Virus record (IMG/VR): IMGVR_UViG_3300030433_000503
Span: 1-46,899 of that record
From: a virus
Lineage: Duplodnaviria; Caudoviricetes
DNA: 46,899 nt
Strand: one strand, 5' to 3'
The notes below the pieces were generated by a model. That model made no database searches, was not told the DNA's origin, and saw only the letters and a list, made by a program, of their open reading frames with translations. Both the position numbers and the translations under genes were made by a program. Below, piece after piece: positions 1 through 10,913 of this stretch (positions within the stretch are counted from its first letter, which is position 1; the number at the start of each line of letters is the position of its first letter).

Positions 1-2247
1 ACCTATACCAGCTTCAGCATATATTTCTTGCATTTTAGGCTTTAAAGAATTTGTTACATATGTACTCCAGGTAACTCCTTTTGCAGGGTCAAAATTATTT
101 ATAATTGGACCAAGTCTAGAATTAATAGCTTCTAATACTTTGTTTCTTGGTATTGTACCTGCTTCTGTACTAAATCTAACAGCTTCTAAGTATAAATTTT
201 GATTACTATCTATTAAAGCTTGTTGAGCTTGATTTTGAGCAGCTTGGCTAGCATTAGGATCTTTTATTGTTTCAAGTAATGTTTCGTTTATACCATCAGC
301 AGAGTCATCTACTTCTATATCTGTTTCTTCTACAGCTTCATCAGTTCTTCTAGTTGGTAAAACACTCATACCTACTGTTTGTGATTTTTCTTGTTCAAAA
401 GCAGCTTTTTCTTCTACAACTATTTCGCCTAATCTACTATTTATTTCATTTACTCTATTTGTATCTTCTTGAGTTAAAGCAGAATCATCAACTTGTTTTA
501 TTTTTTGTTGTAGTTTATTTTTTTCTATCAATAAACTAGCTGCTTCAACATTTTCATTTAATCCTAGTGGTTTTAATTGTTGAGATGCTTGAGTTATATT
601 TCTAAAATTTTCTTGTATATTATCAGCTTGTTCTTGATTTATTTTACCTAATTCTAAATCTTTTGTAACTTGTTGATCTAATATTGTTTTAGCTTTTGGT
701 GTTTGTGCTATTTTTAATTCTTCTAATCCACTAACAGGTTTAGATAAATCTACAGGTGTAGAATAAACTTCGGTTATATTATTAACATTAAAATTAGGAT
801 TAACTTTAGCAAGACTTTTGTTTATTTTATTAATAGCTACAGCTTCTTGAATACCGTTTTTAACTTGCATTACATTTATAGGACCAGCATATGTAGCACC
901 ACCACCAACACCTTGTATAAAAGCATCGTTAACTCCTTCAAACGGATCTTTACCGTTTATCATGTTTTGAGTTATTTGTGTAGCAACTTCTTCTATACCT
1001 TCACCTAATGCACCTGCTGGAGCTCCTGCTTTTTTAAGAGCTTGTTCATACATTTCAATTAACCCGTTTCTAAATACTTTTTGTCCTTGTTGTCTACCTT
1101 CTTTCAGTAATATATCTTTATATACTTTACCTAAAGTTCCACTACCAATAGCAGAAAAAACTGTTTCAGCACCTGCTAAACCTATTGCTTTAGCTGTTAA
1201 ATCAAACTCACTAGCACCTGGATTTTCTTCTCTTAATCTTCTAAGTTCAGGTCCTAAAAACATAGGGGTTGAACCAGCGGCTAATTTAGGTATACTTGTA
1301 GCTGCTCCACCCATCATCATGCTCATGCTTACAGGCGCACTTTCAGCTAAACCACTACCTAGCTGTTTAAAACCATCTGACCAATTGCCTTTTTTAAAGT
1401 TTTCATAAATACCTTGAGTATCATAATTTTCATTATTCCAAATAGTTTGTTCTTTACCTAGCTTTTCGGTTTCTTCTTGATAAAACTCTAACAAAGGATT
1501 TGTTATACCAAACTCTTTTTTAAATTTTTCAGAACTTAATTCGTATTCTTTAGGTAAAATACCAGCATCTACTAACCAGTTTTGTGGTGTAGAAAATATA
1601 TCATAAAAACTCTCACCTAAACCAAACATCATTTCACCTAATGTTGTACTACCTTTAGCTAAATCTACAGTTACTAATTTTTCTAAATAAGATTTTTTAG
1701 CTACTTTATCTTTTTCAATTTGCTCTCTATTAGAGCCGCTTCTTAAAGCTGCGTTATGATCTTCAATAGCTTTATTTAACTGAATTAAAGTATCGTTATA
1801 CATTTTAATTCTATTAGGAGCATCCATGGCATCCATTTCCATATCACCTCCAGATATTTTAATTAAATCAGCTTCTAATTTATTTATATTTTCTTGAGAA
1901 CTTTTAAAATCATATTTAGGTCCAACTTCAACCATTTCTCTAAAATAAGTTTGTGGGTTGTCGTATTCTTCTGGTATATTTATTTTTTCAAAATCTATAT
2001 TTGTTGGAAAACTATAACTACCATCATTAACATATTGTTTATAGGCATCGTTAATAGCTTTGTCTAATTTTTCATTTTCATCTATTGGCTCAGTAGCAGA
2101 TTCAATAGTTAATTTTATAGGCTTTTCTTCTACAACTTCTTCAACTTCAGGCTGAGGATTTTCTTTTCTCCACTCTTCTAATCTTCTTGTTCTTTCTTTG
2201 TCAGATATGTTTTGAGGTAGAGACAGTGCAAATTCTTCTTCTGTCAT
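1..2247 (-). CDS. Giant internal virion/ejection protein, N-terminal part (runs off the left edge), with a sigma70 region-2-like segment
   Basis: Not in the ORF track because it has no stop in the window. ATG at 2247 (MTEEEFALSLPQNISDKERTRRLEEW...); frame spot-checked open to position 1. Gly/Ala-rich hydrophobic stretch with EGIEEVATQ motif; position after tail and ejection genes as in crAss-like phages. Confidence 0.8.
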   Translation of the reverse strand, partial: MTEEEFALSLPQNISDKERTRRLEEWRKENPQPEVEEVVEEKPIKLTIESATEPIDENEKLDKAINDAYKQYVNDGSYSFPTNIDFEKINIPEEYDNPQTYFREMVEVGPKYDFKSSQENINKLEADLIKISGGDMEMDAMDAPNRIKMYNDTLIQLNKAIEDHNAALRSGSNREQIEKDKVAKKSYLEKLVTVDLAKGSTTLGEMMFGLGESFYDIFSTPQNWLVDAGILPKEYELSSEKFKKEFGITNPLLEFYQEETEKLGKEQTIWNNENYDTQGIYENFKKGNWSDGFKQLGSGLAESAPVSMSMMMGGAATSIPKLAAGSTPMFLGPELRRLREENPGASEFDLTAKAIGLAGAETVFSAIGSGTLGKVYKDILLKEGRQQGQKVFRNGLIEMYEQALKKAGAPAGALGEGIEEVATQITQNMINGKDPFEGVNDAFIQGVGGGATYAGPINVMQVKNGIQEAVAINKINKSLAKVNPNFNVNNITEVYSTPVDLSKPVSGLEELKIAQTPKAKTILDQQVTKDLELGKINQEQADNIQENFRNITQASQQLKPLGLNENVEAASLLIEKNKLQQKIKQVDDSALTQEDTNRVNEINSRLGEIVVEEKAAFEQEKSQTVGMSVLPTRRTDEAVEETDIEVDDSADGINETLLETIKDPNASQAAQNQAQQALIDSNQNLYLEAVRFSTEAGTIPRNKVLEAINSRLGPIINNFDPAKGVTWSTYVTNSLKPKMQEIYAEAGIG

Positions 2248-2253
2248 TTAATT

Positions 2254-3357
2254 TTATTTACGTGGATTTCTTTGTAAAAAAGCTTGAGCTTGTTTTTTCT
2301 TGCCTTCTTCTAAATCAAACACAGCTGCGTCAGCTTGTACTGTAGGTATTTGATTAGTAGTAAATTGTTTTAAATAGTTATTCATAAAATACTCTTTGTA
2401 TTTTGTCATGAATAATTCTTTTTTATTTTGCTGTAGTGGTAAATCTTTTTCATAAGACCAAGCTACAAAACCAGCATTAGCATTTTGCGCCATCTGATCA
2501 TCTTCAGAAACACTAGTATCAGCACCAATAAATACGTTCCATGCTGCAACCACTGACTGTTCAGAGCTTAATAAACCAGCTACTTCAGCATTTATAAATG
2601 GAGTTACTTTTCTTTCAATTTTATCTAAATCATATTTAAGTAAGTTTCTACCTTTACCCATACCTATATCTATAATTTCATAATCGTAACTACCATCGGA
2701 GTTTTTTAATACAAACTCATCTGCTATTTTAGCTCCAGGCATTAATTCACCTGTTTCCGGGTTAGTTGAATTACCTGCCATTACGCCAACTTCGCTTAAT
2801 AATCTTAGCATGTCTGCATTTATATCTGGAGTTTCAGCCACCATATCTGTATTAGAAGCAATTAGAGCATCCAGAGACTCACTATTTATTACAAAAGGTT
2901 GTTCTAGCATAGGACCTTCAAAAACCATCTCTTGACTTCCGTTTGAATTTAAGTGTAAAGATATATTATAACCATCGTTTTTTGCAAAAGTAGGTTTACC
3001 TGATAATATACTATAAGCTACAGCGTATTTATAATCTTGATTAACATCATAATAATTATCTTCTGTAACGCTTAATTGTGATCCTATATTGCTAATAAAA
3101 TCCATAGATTTTTGAGGCGCATCCATTAAGTATTTTAATTGTTGATTTTCTCTATAACAAGTAGCGTCAACACAATCGTTGTTTTGTATAGCTGTTTTTA
3201 GCTTAGCGTAAACCTTACCAGTGCCTTCATAAGCGTTATCTAATAATCTAAAATTATAATCAGCTTGACTAGCAATATATTGTTTATTATAACCAAGCGC
3301 GTTACTCTTGTTTAGTTGTTTTATAAACAGATTAATTTTTATATTTTTATCTTCCAT
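2254..3357 (-). CDS. Putative internal virion protein
   Basis: 367-aa ORF between the pilot-like gene and the giant virion protein; function inferred from position only. Confidence 0.6.
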   Translation of the reverse strand: MEDKNIKINLFIKQLNKSNALGYNKQYIASQADYNFRLLDNAYEGTGKVYAKLKTAIQNNDCVDATCYRENQQLKYLMDAPQKSMDFISNIGSQLSVTEDNYYDVNQDYKYAVAYSILSGKPTFAKNDGYNISLHLNSNGSQEMVFEGPMLEQPFVINSESLDALIASNTDMVAETPDINADMLRLLSEVGVMAGNSTNPETGELMPGAKIADEFVLKNSDGSYDYEIIDIGMGKGRNLLKYDLDKIERKVTPFINAEVAGLLSSEQSVVAAWNVFIGADTSVSEDDQMAQNANAGFVAWSYEKDLPLQQNKKELFMTKYKEYFMNNYLKQFTTNQIPTVQADAAVFDLEEGKKKQAQAFLQRNPRK

Positions 3358-3370
3358 TATAATTTATTTA

Positions 3371-4033
3371 TTAATCAAAATCAGCTGAACCTAATAAATT
3401 AGCTGCTGCACCAATACCTCCTGTAAAAGCCGCTGTAGCATCTGCGCTTGCTTGAGCTGCCGCACCTCGTAAAGCACCTATTTGATTAGCTAATCTATTT
3501 AATTGTTGCATTTCTCTTTGTTCTCTTTGAGTAAATACAAATTGATCACCAGCAACTTCTGCTTGTTGTATTCTTTGAGCTTCTGCCATTTGTTGTCTTT
3601 GTAGTGACGCTTCGCCTTGAGCTCTTGCTTTTTCGTTTGCAACTTCTTGTGATTCAATACTAGCAGCAACACCTTTTTTAGCTTGTAAAGCAGCTTGTGC
3701 TAATGCAGTTGCACTACCAGCGCCACCACCTGTAGCTCTAATAGTATCTAAAGTATTAGCTAAAGCTATATCTGATTGTTCTATTTGCATTTCAGCAGCT
3801 TGCGTAGCAACCGACAAGCTAGCAAAAGGATTAGACAACATTGAACTTAAATCAGTTACGTTTTCATAAGGATTTATTATTTGTTGTCTATTATTTTCTA
3901 GTCTATTTAATTTACTTTGTAATCTGCTTGCTTCACGCTCTCTACGTCTAGCTTCACGTTTGGCTCTACTTGAGCCAAATATTCCGCCTACGACACTAAT
4001 TGCACCGCCTATAATTGCACCTGTTGCTGACAT
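3371..4033 (-). CDS. DNA ejection/pilot-like protein
   Basis: Gly/Ala hydrophobic N- and C-termini flanking an Ala/Gln-rich coiled coil, typical of podovirus ejection proteins. Confidence 0.65.
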   Translation of the reverse strand: MSATGAIIGGAISVVGGIFGSSRAKREARRREREASRLQSKLNRLENNRQQIINPYENVTDLSSMLSNPFASLSVATQAAEMQIEQSDIALANTLDTIRATGGGAGSATALAQAALQAKKGVAASIESQEVANEKARAQGEASLQRQQMAEAQRIQQAEVAGDQFVFTQREQREMQQLNRLANQIGALRGAAAQASADATAAFTGGIGAAANLLGSADFD

Positions 4034-4052
4034 AGTTTATTTTTTTATTATT

Positions 4053-5543
4053 TTATTGATAACCATTATTTGCTATATATTCACTTCCAACAGCAAACAA
4101 CTCTTTTTCACCTCCAACATCTGTTACCGAGTCTGTTGCTATTGTTACTGTTGCAAAAAATCCTTTAATACCTGACATAGATGAGCCAAAAGCTATTTCA
4201 CCTGAAGCAGCGCTGCTATTGTTTATTAAATTTGCAACATATTTATTTTCTTTTCTATTAAAACCAGCGTAGTTAAAAGGAAGCACAATCGCTGATGTAC
4301 CTGTGTTTGCAGGAGTTGCTGAGTCATAAGTTCCTTGAACATAACTATATATTAAAGCGCTTGTATCTTGAAAATCAACCCAGTTGTTATTAGAGTAATT
4401 TAAATTTTTACCTGTTAAATCTGAAACAAAACTATTTATTTGCCAACCATTACTTCCTTCATAATCAACAGTTTTAAAGTTTTTAGATCTTGACACTGCT
4501 GGGTTAAAAACAAACGTAATAGAACTAGGTTTTATTGAACCACCATCATTAGGATAGAACTTGTTTCTAACACCCGCTAAAGAATAATGCTCATATAAAG
4601 AACCAAATTTTACGCTATAAAACTTATTACCTAAACTAAACATGTGATCTGGTTTATAAGTAAAAAAGCTAGTCCAACCTTTAATATTTTCGTCCCATGT
4701 TAATGTTTCATAACCTTCTTCAAATGTAAATTCATTTTTGCCTGATTCTTGAGTAGATAAAACATATTGTTTATTATAAATATCCCAACCTCCTATTATT
4801 TTACCTGGAACTCCTGCTACATTTATATCTGTTCCTAATCTGTCTCTAAAATAATCTATCATATTAGCTGCTGATATTTCTTGTATTTGACCACCAACTA
4901 GTTTTAATATTACATTATTATTTTTATCAGAAAAATATTTTGCTGTTCCATAAAAAGCAAAACTCTGAGGATCTTTACTAATACCATATTTACCTGGAAA
5001 AGGAACTATTTGACCTATTACTAAGTTTTGTTGTGTAACAGCTGTTCCAGATCCTTCTGCAGAATATATAGCGTCTTTATTTATTAAAGCTTTATTTATT
5101 TTTAATTCTTGAAATATAGTTAAATTAGTATTTTCTGCATGAAGTTTTTGTATTGAACCATTTGATGGATTTAATGATTTAACTATATTGTCACCAACTG
5201 AAAAAACATTTGTTTCATTAATACCTGTTCTAGAATTAAATATACCAGAGTATATCATACTGTTACCTCTTACAGAACTGTTTGGCTCTTCTTCTACTAA
5301 ATAAGCTTTAGCTCCAAAAGATACAGTTGTATTATTATAACCACCATTTATTCTTGATTCTTCAATAACCCAGTTGTTACCTACATCTGCATTTGTAGAA
5401 CTAGGATAACCACCTTTATCTGCTGGTATACCATTAGAACCGTTCCAAACAGGTATATCACCGTAGCTTGGACTAGTTATATTAGCATTAACTTTCTTTA
5501 GAAGGAATGTATTAAAGTATTTAACTTCTACAATAGCAGCCAT
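4053..5543 (-). CDS. Tail stabilization/muzzle protein, C-terminal part (beta-propeller)
   Basis: Motifs IYSGIFNSRTGINETNVF, KSLNPSNGSIQKL, YGISKDPQSFA, TWDENIKGWTSFFTY resemble the C-terminal half of crAss-like muzzle proteins. Confidence 0.7.
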   Translation of the reverse strand: MAAIVEVKYFNTFLLKKVNANITSPSYGDIPVWNGSNGIPADKGGYPSSTNADVGNNWVIEESRINGGYNNTTVSFGAKAYLVEEEPNSSVRGNSMIYSGIFNSRTGINETNVFSVGDNIVKSLNPSNGSIQKLHAENTNLTIFQELKINKALINKDAIYSAEGSGTAVTQQNLVIGQIVPFPGKYGISKDPQSFAFYGTAKYFSDKNNNVILKLVGGQIQEISAANMIDYFRDRLGTDINVAGVPGKIIGGWDIYNKQYVLSTQESGKNEFTFEEGYETLTWDENIKGWTSFFTYKPDHMFSLGNKFYSVKFGSLYEHYSLAGVRNKFYPNDGGSIKPSSITFVFNPAVSRSKNFKTVDYEGSNGWQINSFVSDLTGKNLNYSNNNWVDFQDTSALIYSYVQGTYDSATPANTGTSAIVLPFNYAGFNRKENKYVANLINNSSAASGEIAFGSSMSGIKGFFATVTIATDSVTDVGGEKELFAVGSEYIANNGYQ

Positions 5544-5549
5544 ATTATT

Positions 5550-5577
5550 ATTATTACTTGTTTTTTAAAGATTTTAA
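5550..5577 (-). promoter_or_regulatory. Class II (middle/late) promoter motif
   Basis: TTAA-N16-GTAATAAT; one of six copies with identical spacing. Confidence 0.65.
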
Positions 5578-8500
5578 GAACCGTTACACAGTGTTTGAGT
5601 TATTGGTTGCTGCACAAAGCCAGCAGTTATAGCAGCAGCAGACATACTTCTAGCACAAACAGTATATATAGAACCATTATTTATTATAGTTCCAGTTGAA
5701 GCTGTAGCATCGCCTAAACAATCAGTATAAACAAAACTACCTAAATTAGCTCCATCATTAGATGAGTTATATAAAAACGTATAACAAAAAGTTCTATCTA
5801 TAACTAAATTAAAATTACAAGTAGCTATTGCTCCTCCAGCATCTTGAACTGTTGCCACGCATACATATGTTCCGTCAACCATACTAACTGGAGGGTTACC
5901 TCCTTGAAAATAAAATCTTCCTCGCCAGTTTAATACATTTATTCCTTGATCTATTTGTACATCACCAGTACCACTAGGCCCATAATCAATACCGCTTTTA
6001 GTCACTGTTATTGACCACGTTAAATCTTTATAAGTGTTACCACCTAGTGCATTAGATCCATTTTGAGCGTTTAACGTGTGGAAAGTTCCACTACCACCAC
6101 CACTAGTTCCTGGCACATAAGTAGCTGGATTAACACAACTTATTATTGTTGGATTAACGTTTTGAAGTGCAACTGGTCCTTGACTAACTATAGTTTCAAC
6201 ACCTGAAGGGTGGTTTATTTTAAAATTAAATAAATATGTTTGACTAGTAGTGTTTTGATTACTATAATATAAAAAGTCTTGAGTTTTTACATTATAACTG
6301 CTAGATGCTGAATTTGTTACTAAAGCAAAGCTAGAAGTAACATCATTAGGTGGTTCATTATAATCTAAAACACTTTCTAATTCTATTTGAGGTGGAACAG
6401 TAGCCGCATACGAAACATTATTACCAAACTGATCAACTATTGTAAAATTACTAGTTAATATATTGTTATTATTACCTAAAGTTTCTAAAAATGTTCCTGT
6501 GTAATCAAAACCACTTATACTAACTGAATCATTTATACCTCCTAAAATAGCAGTATTTAACTCGCTTATTAGTCCCGTGCTTGTAGTTTCCCAAAATATA
6601 TCTAAATTTGAATCTACAGCATCTGTTTCCATTACAGCTAGTTGAGGCATATTTACAAGCCTAGGTACTGTAAGAGACGTTGAATTAGCATTTCTAAATG
6701 GTGTAGGTGAAAAAGTTATTACATCACCATTTGATGGAGTACAAGCAACACCGCTCGGATTATTAATATTTACTACACTACCTACAACATTTACAACTGT
6801 GCAGCCTTCAGGTATTCCTTCACCAGAAATTTTTTGACCTGCAACTATAACATTTGAAGGAACAGATCCTGGAGATACAGTAGTTGTATCTACTCCAAAA
6901 GTAGTTGCTGTATTATTAGCGCCATCAGCCTCTATAGTTACTAAAACCGCTTGTATACCAAATTGACCTGAAGGTGTGTTTATTCTTGCTATTAAAGGAT
7001 CTGAGTCAACATTGTAAAACTCAGTAGGAGCAGAGTAATTAACATTATTAATACCATTAAATAAATCATCATCTGTAGCTATAGCGCTTACAATAGGCGG
7101 TAATAATCCAGGGTAATATTGTTTATTATTAACATCAACAGTACTACTGTTTAAATTTTCTACTCTACCGTGTAGTATTACACTACTTCTAAATAGTTTT
7201 TGTTCAGGACCAACTTCTGTTAAATCTCTAGGTACTTTATTAATATTGTCATTTATTAATACAGCGTGAGATGTTTTACCTAGCTCTTTGTTTATATTTT
7301 CTGGATAAGCAGCCATAACACCAGGTAAATATACATTGTAATATTCTTGCTCTGTTTGTTTTACTACAATTTTATAAGAATACCAACCAGTTGGATTGTA
7401 ATCAGTACTTGTTGTATCGCTATTATATAAACCAGTAGTTGATCCACTTATAGGATCATTAAACAAAACTTTTAATGAGTTGCCTAAAAAAGTTCTAGCA
7501 GCAACATTGCTATCAATATACGGTGAAAAAACTGTAGAACCTAAATAATTTTTATTATTAAAACTAACTGAATTATCTGTAGATGATAAAACAACAGTAG
7601 ATTGTCTTCCATATCTATCAGATAAAACTACACCTACTTGATAATTTCTATTTTGTTTTAATGAAGAATTAGGATATTCAACAGAAGATGTAGTATAACT
7701 AGTAGGATTACTATTACTAAAAGTTAAAACAGTATTATCAGGTAAGCTTTGAGTTAAATTATTACTTATAGTTAGTGTTGAGCCGATATAAGATACTACA
7801 ACTGTACCCACAGGAACACCTGGGTTACTAGCAATAACAGTCATTCCATTATTTATAACACCTGTTATTGTGTCTATAGAAAAATTATCAACTGTTGCTC
7901 CTGTAGCTCCATTGACCAGCGCGCCGCCAGTACCAATATTAAATTCTGTTTTTTCACTAACACCTACATTGTAATTTATTGTAGAAGGCGGATTGTGTTT
8001 GTTTTGAAAATTAGCATAAACAACTCTATTACTTATAACTTCTTGACCTAATGCTTTTACAGGAACTACATCATAAGTTCTGGTTGTTTCGCTTGAAGGC
8101 AAAGTTTTAATTGGTTTAGTACTTTGATACTCATATTCAAAAACATTTGGATCACCAAAAGTTAAAACTGTATTATTTGCTAAGGTTTGAGCAGTAGATA
8201 AAATAACTGTGGTTCCATCAAAACTTACAACAGTAGGGCTATTAGCTATACCTGTGCCTGTAACTAAAGCACCAACTCTTATACCACCTGTGACAGTATC
8301 TACTGGAATATTAGTAACACCAGCAGGTGTTCCATTAACTTGAGCAGTACCTGTTTGATTTTGTATTTTTGATATTGAAACGCTATCAATTACGTTTATA
8401 TTGTTTGTATCAGACTCTTTATATAAAATATCTATTTCTTCTACTTTTAAAACACTTTGCATTTGAGTAGAGTTATAAGGTAATGGTATTCTAAGTAAAA

Positions 8501-9674
8501 TTTTATTTACTTTGTTTTCCATAAACTCTACAGTTGTAGTTCTATAAGTATCTTCTTCATCTTGAATATCTAGTATTGGAGAATTATTTTTATAACTAGA
8601 AAGAGAACTATCATTTACTTTATACATAAAATACCCGTCTTGTTTTGGTATAAAACAATCTTGGGTAAATGGAGACATTATAGAATATTCACCATCAATA
8701 AATTTAAACCTATAACCAAACCTTACAAATTTATCATGTAAAAAATCACTATCACCATTATAGTTTATTTCATAATATTCATTGTAATTAAATATAAATT
8801 GAGGATTATCCGTAGTAGTAAGCGTAGGTATAATATTAGCTAATATAGTTACATTGAAATATGTTCCACCGCTTGTAACATTACTAACAACTGCTGTAGT
8901 TTTATAAAAAACACCATTTAATATATATGCTATAGTTGCACCTATTATTAAATCACCTTCAAATGAGCTTTTTAATATTCTTAATGTAGTTGATGCAGTG
9001 CTATAATTATTAGATAAATAACCAATACCACCATCAGGATAATGTTTACTAAAAACATCATATAGTGTTGTTTCATAATTAGTGTTAGATACCGCTACAT
9101 CAGAAGCAACTCTATATAATTCAATAGTTTTATAAGGATTATATTTAGCTACAGATATTTGATCTTCTGTAGTATAATAAGTAACTCCATTTACTAAAGC
9201 TAATGATACATTTATTTTTCTTGGTTGATTTCTATTATCTGTAAAAAATAGTAATTCTTCTAATATATTAACACCTGTTATTGGAAAAAGTGTAGAAAAA
9301 TTTAAAAAATCACCTTCAACTAATATAGAGCCTACTGAACTAACAGCGTCATACATTACTATAAAAGAAGATTTATCTGCTCCAGGTGAAACTTTATAAT
9401 CACTACCAGTATTATCTGTTAAAAATAAAAAAACTCTATTATTTATTTCATCAGTGCAATAACCTATAGAAAATAAGTTATCATTATTACATAGTTGTCT
9501 AAAATCAAAAGATAAAATGTTTCCTAAAGTATTTTCTAGCGCACCTACATTTTGGCCTTCAGATTTGCTTATCTGAGTATTAATTGCGTTTCTATATTCT
9601 CCATTAGGTATTAATCGATCATCAAGATCTTTATTCATTCTACCTTTTAGAAAATTATTAATTACTTTTGCCAT
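5574..9674 (-). CDS. Tail stabilization/muzzle protein, N-terminal part with inserted beta-rich repeats
   Basis: N-terminus FLKGRMNKDLDDRLIPNGEYRNAIN, FFTDNRNQPRKIN, RFGYRFKFIDGEYS and SLKQNRNYQVGVVLSDRYGRQS typical of crAss-like stabilization proteins. Confidence 0.75.
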   Translation of the reverse strand: MAKVINNFLKGRMNKDLDDRLIPNGEYRNAINTQISKSEGQNVGALENTLGNILSFDFRQLCNNDNLFSIGYCTDEINNRVFLFLTDNTGSDYKVSPGADKSSFIVMYDAVSSVGSILVEGDFLNFSTLFPITGVNILEELLFFTDNRNQPRKINVSLALVNGVTYYTTEDQISVAKYNPYKTIELYRVASDVAVSNTNYETTLYDVFSKHYPDGGIGYLSNNYSTASTTLRILKSSFEGDLIIGATIAYILNGVFYKTTAVVSNVTSGGTYFNVTILANIIPTLTTTDNPQFIFNYNEYYEINYNGDSDFLHDKFVRFGYRFKFIDGEYSIMSPFTQDCFIPKQDGYFMYKVNDSSLSSYKNNSPILDIQDEEDTYRTTTVEFMENKVNKILLRIPLPYNSTQMQSVLKVEEIDILYKESDTNNINVIDSVSISKIQNQTGTAQVNGTPAGVTNIPVDTVTGGIRVGALVTGTGIANSPTVVSFDGTTVILSTAQTLANNTVLTFGDPNVFEYEYQSTKPIKTLPSSETTRTYDVVPVKALGQEVISNRVVYANFQNKHNPPSTINYNVGVSEKTEFNIGTGGALVNGATGATVDNFSIDTITGVINNGMTVIASNPGVPVGTVVVSYIGSTLTISNNLTQSLPDNTVLTFSNSNPTSYTTSSVEYPNSSLKQNRNYQVGVVLSDRYGRQSTVVLSSTDNSVSFNNKNYLGSTVFSPYIDSNVAARTFLGNSLKVLFNDPISGSTTGLYNSDTTSTDYNPTGWYSYKIVVKQTEQEYYNVYLPGVMAAYPENINKELGKTSHAVLINDNINKVPRDLTEVGPEQKLFRSSVILHGRVENLNSSTVDVNNKQYYPGLLPPIVSAIATDDDLFNGINNVNYSAPTEFYNVDSDPLIARINTPSGQFGIQAVLVTIEADGANNTATTFGVDTTTVSPGSVPSNVIVAGQKISGEGIPEGCTVVNVVGSVVNINNPSGVACTPSNGDVITFSPTPFRNANSTSLTVPRLVNMPQLAVMETDAVDSNLDIFWETTSTGLISELNTAILGGINDSVSISGFDYTGTFLETLGNNNNILTSNFTIVDQFGNNVSYAATVPPQIELESVLDYNEPPNDVTSSFALVTNSASSSYNVKTQDFLYYSNQNTTSQTYLFNFKINHPSGVETIVSQGPVALQNVNPTIISCVNPATYVPGTSGGGSGTFHTLNAQNGSNALGGNTYKDLTWSITVTKSGIDYGPSGTGDVQIDQGINVLNWRGRFYFQGGNPPVSMVDGTYVCVATVQDAGGAIATCNFNLVIDRTFCYTFLYNSSNDGANLGSFVYTDCLGDATASTGTIINNGSIYTVCARSMSAAAITAGFVQQPITQTLCNGS

Positions 9675-9680
9675 TAAATT

Positions 9681-10913
9681 TTAGTGTTTTATCCACTTAG
9701 ACTTACCGCGCATAATCTGCGTAAACTCTTGTAGTTTAATATTAGATAATCTTATTTTAGCATTACGCAAAGCAGCGTATCTATCTTTTTTATATCTTTG
9801 TACTAAATATTCTGGTTGATTAGCTCTAGTTGAAACAATATTGTATAATATACTTTTATACATTGCTTCTTCAGCCATTTTAGGTATTTTAGTATCTAAA
9901 TCATAAGCAAGTCCATCTGATATATACTCTAATACGACTAGCTTGTCTACTAAATTACTAGAAAAAGTAAACTTACCTTCTCTTTCATTAATACCAAACC
10001 AACCATTTGCTTGTGATAAAGCTGGGTCTAAACCATATAATCTACCCCAGTTCCATGGTCCATTTAAACTATATAAGTCTGGATTAGCAAAACCGTAATA
10101 ATCAAAATCACGATACCACTCACCAGTTAATAATTTAGTATTAGCTTTTTTCCATCTTTCTTCTGTTATAGATGTTCCTTCTAAATTTTCACCAAAATTA
10201 TCTTGAGTTGGAACAGAGTCACTATCTTGTATAAAAGTATAATAAGGATCAGTTGTTAAATTATTAGCCGGATACAAAGGTCTTTTAACACCTAATTGAT
10301 CTATATAACAAAAACTTACATAGTTAACATAATCTTGTGGTATTATTAAAGATAATGTAGAGGGTATAGTAAGCTCTGATGATTTAATGCTTTTTAACGT
10401 ATCATAACTAAATTCTTGCAAACTTCTTTTAGCAAAAAATACTACATCAGATTTTTTACATGTTTGTATAACTTTACCGTCACCTACATAACCAACCATA
10501 AAATTATTAATAACATCGTTTAGTTTTACATACTCATAGCCACCATAATTATCTTCTACAGCTTCACCGTAAGCATCGTTGTTACCATATTTACCACCAT
10601 CTAATTTTTTTAATTGAACTACAATAAATGCATTAGCACCTGGACTACCAGTAATAGTAATTGTATTATTAGCTATAGTATAAGCAGATACATATTCAGT
10701 AAAACTTCCTGGTAAACCTGTAGCGCTAGTATATAATTTAAAATTATTTAAAGCATATAATTCATTATTAGGGTCCCAAGCATTAGTACCTCCAAATACT
10801 AAGTCTGTATCAAAAGTAGTAGTAAATGATTGACCAGCTGTATTACCAGCATCACCTCTAAAGCCTTGCGCGCCTTGATAATATTGTGCGTTAGTTTCTG
10901 TTATTTGTGACAT
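9681..10913 (-). CDS. Tail ring/tubular protein
   Basis: 410 aa in conserved position upstream of the muzzle gene; C-terminal ALRNAKIRLS motif. Confidence 0.6.
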   Translation of the reverse strand: MSQITETNAQYYQGAQGFRGDAGNTAGQSFTTTFDTDLVFGGTNAWDPNNELYALNNFKLYTSATGLPGSFTEYVSAYTIANNTITITGSPGANAFIVVQLKKLDGGKYGNNDAYGEAVEDNYGGYEYVKLNDVINNFMVGYVGDGKVIQTCKKSDVVFFAKRSLQEFSYDTLKSIKSSELTIPSTLSLIIPQDYVNYVSFCYIDQLGVKRPLYPANNLTTDPYYTFIQDSDSVPTQDNFGENLEGTSITEERWKKANTKLLTGEWYRDFDYYGFANPDLYSLNGPWNWGRLYGLDPALSQANGWFGINEREGKFTFSSNLVDKLVVLEYISDGLAYDLDTKIPKMAEEAMYKSILYNIVSTRANQPEYLVQRYKKDRYAALRNAKIRLSNIKLQEFTQIMRGKSKWIKH

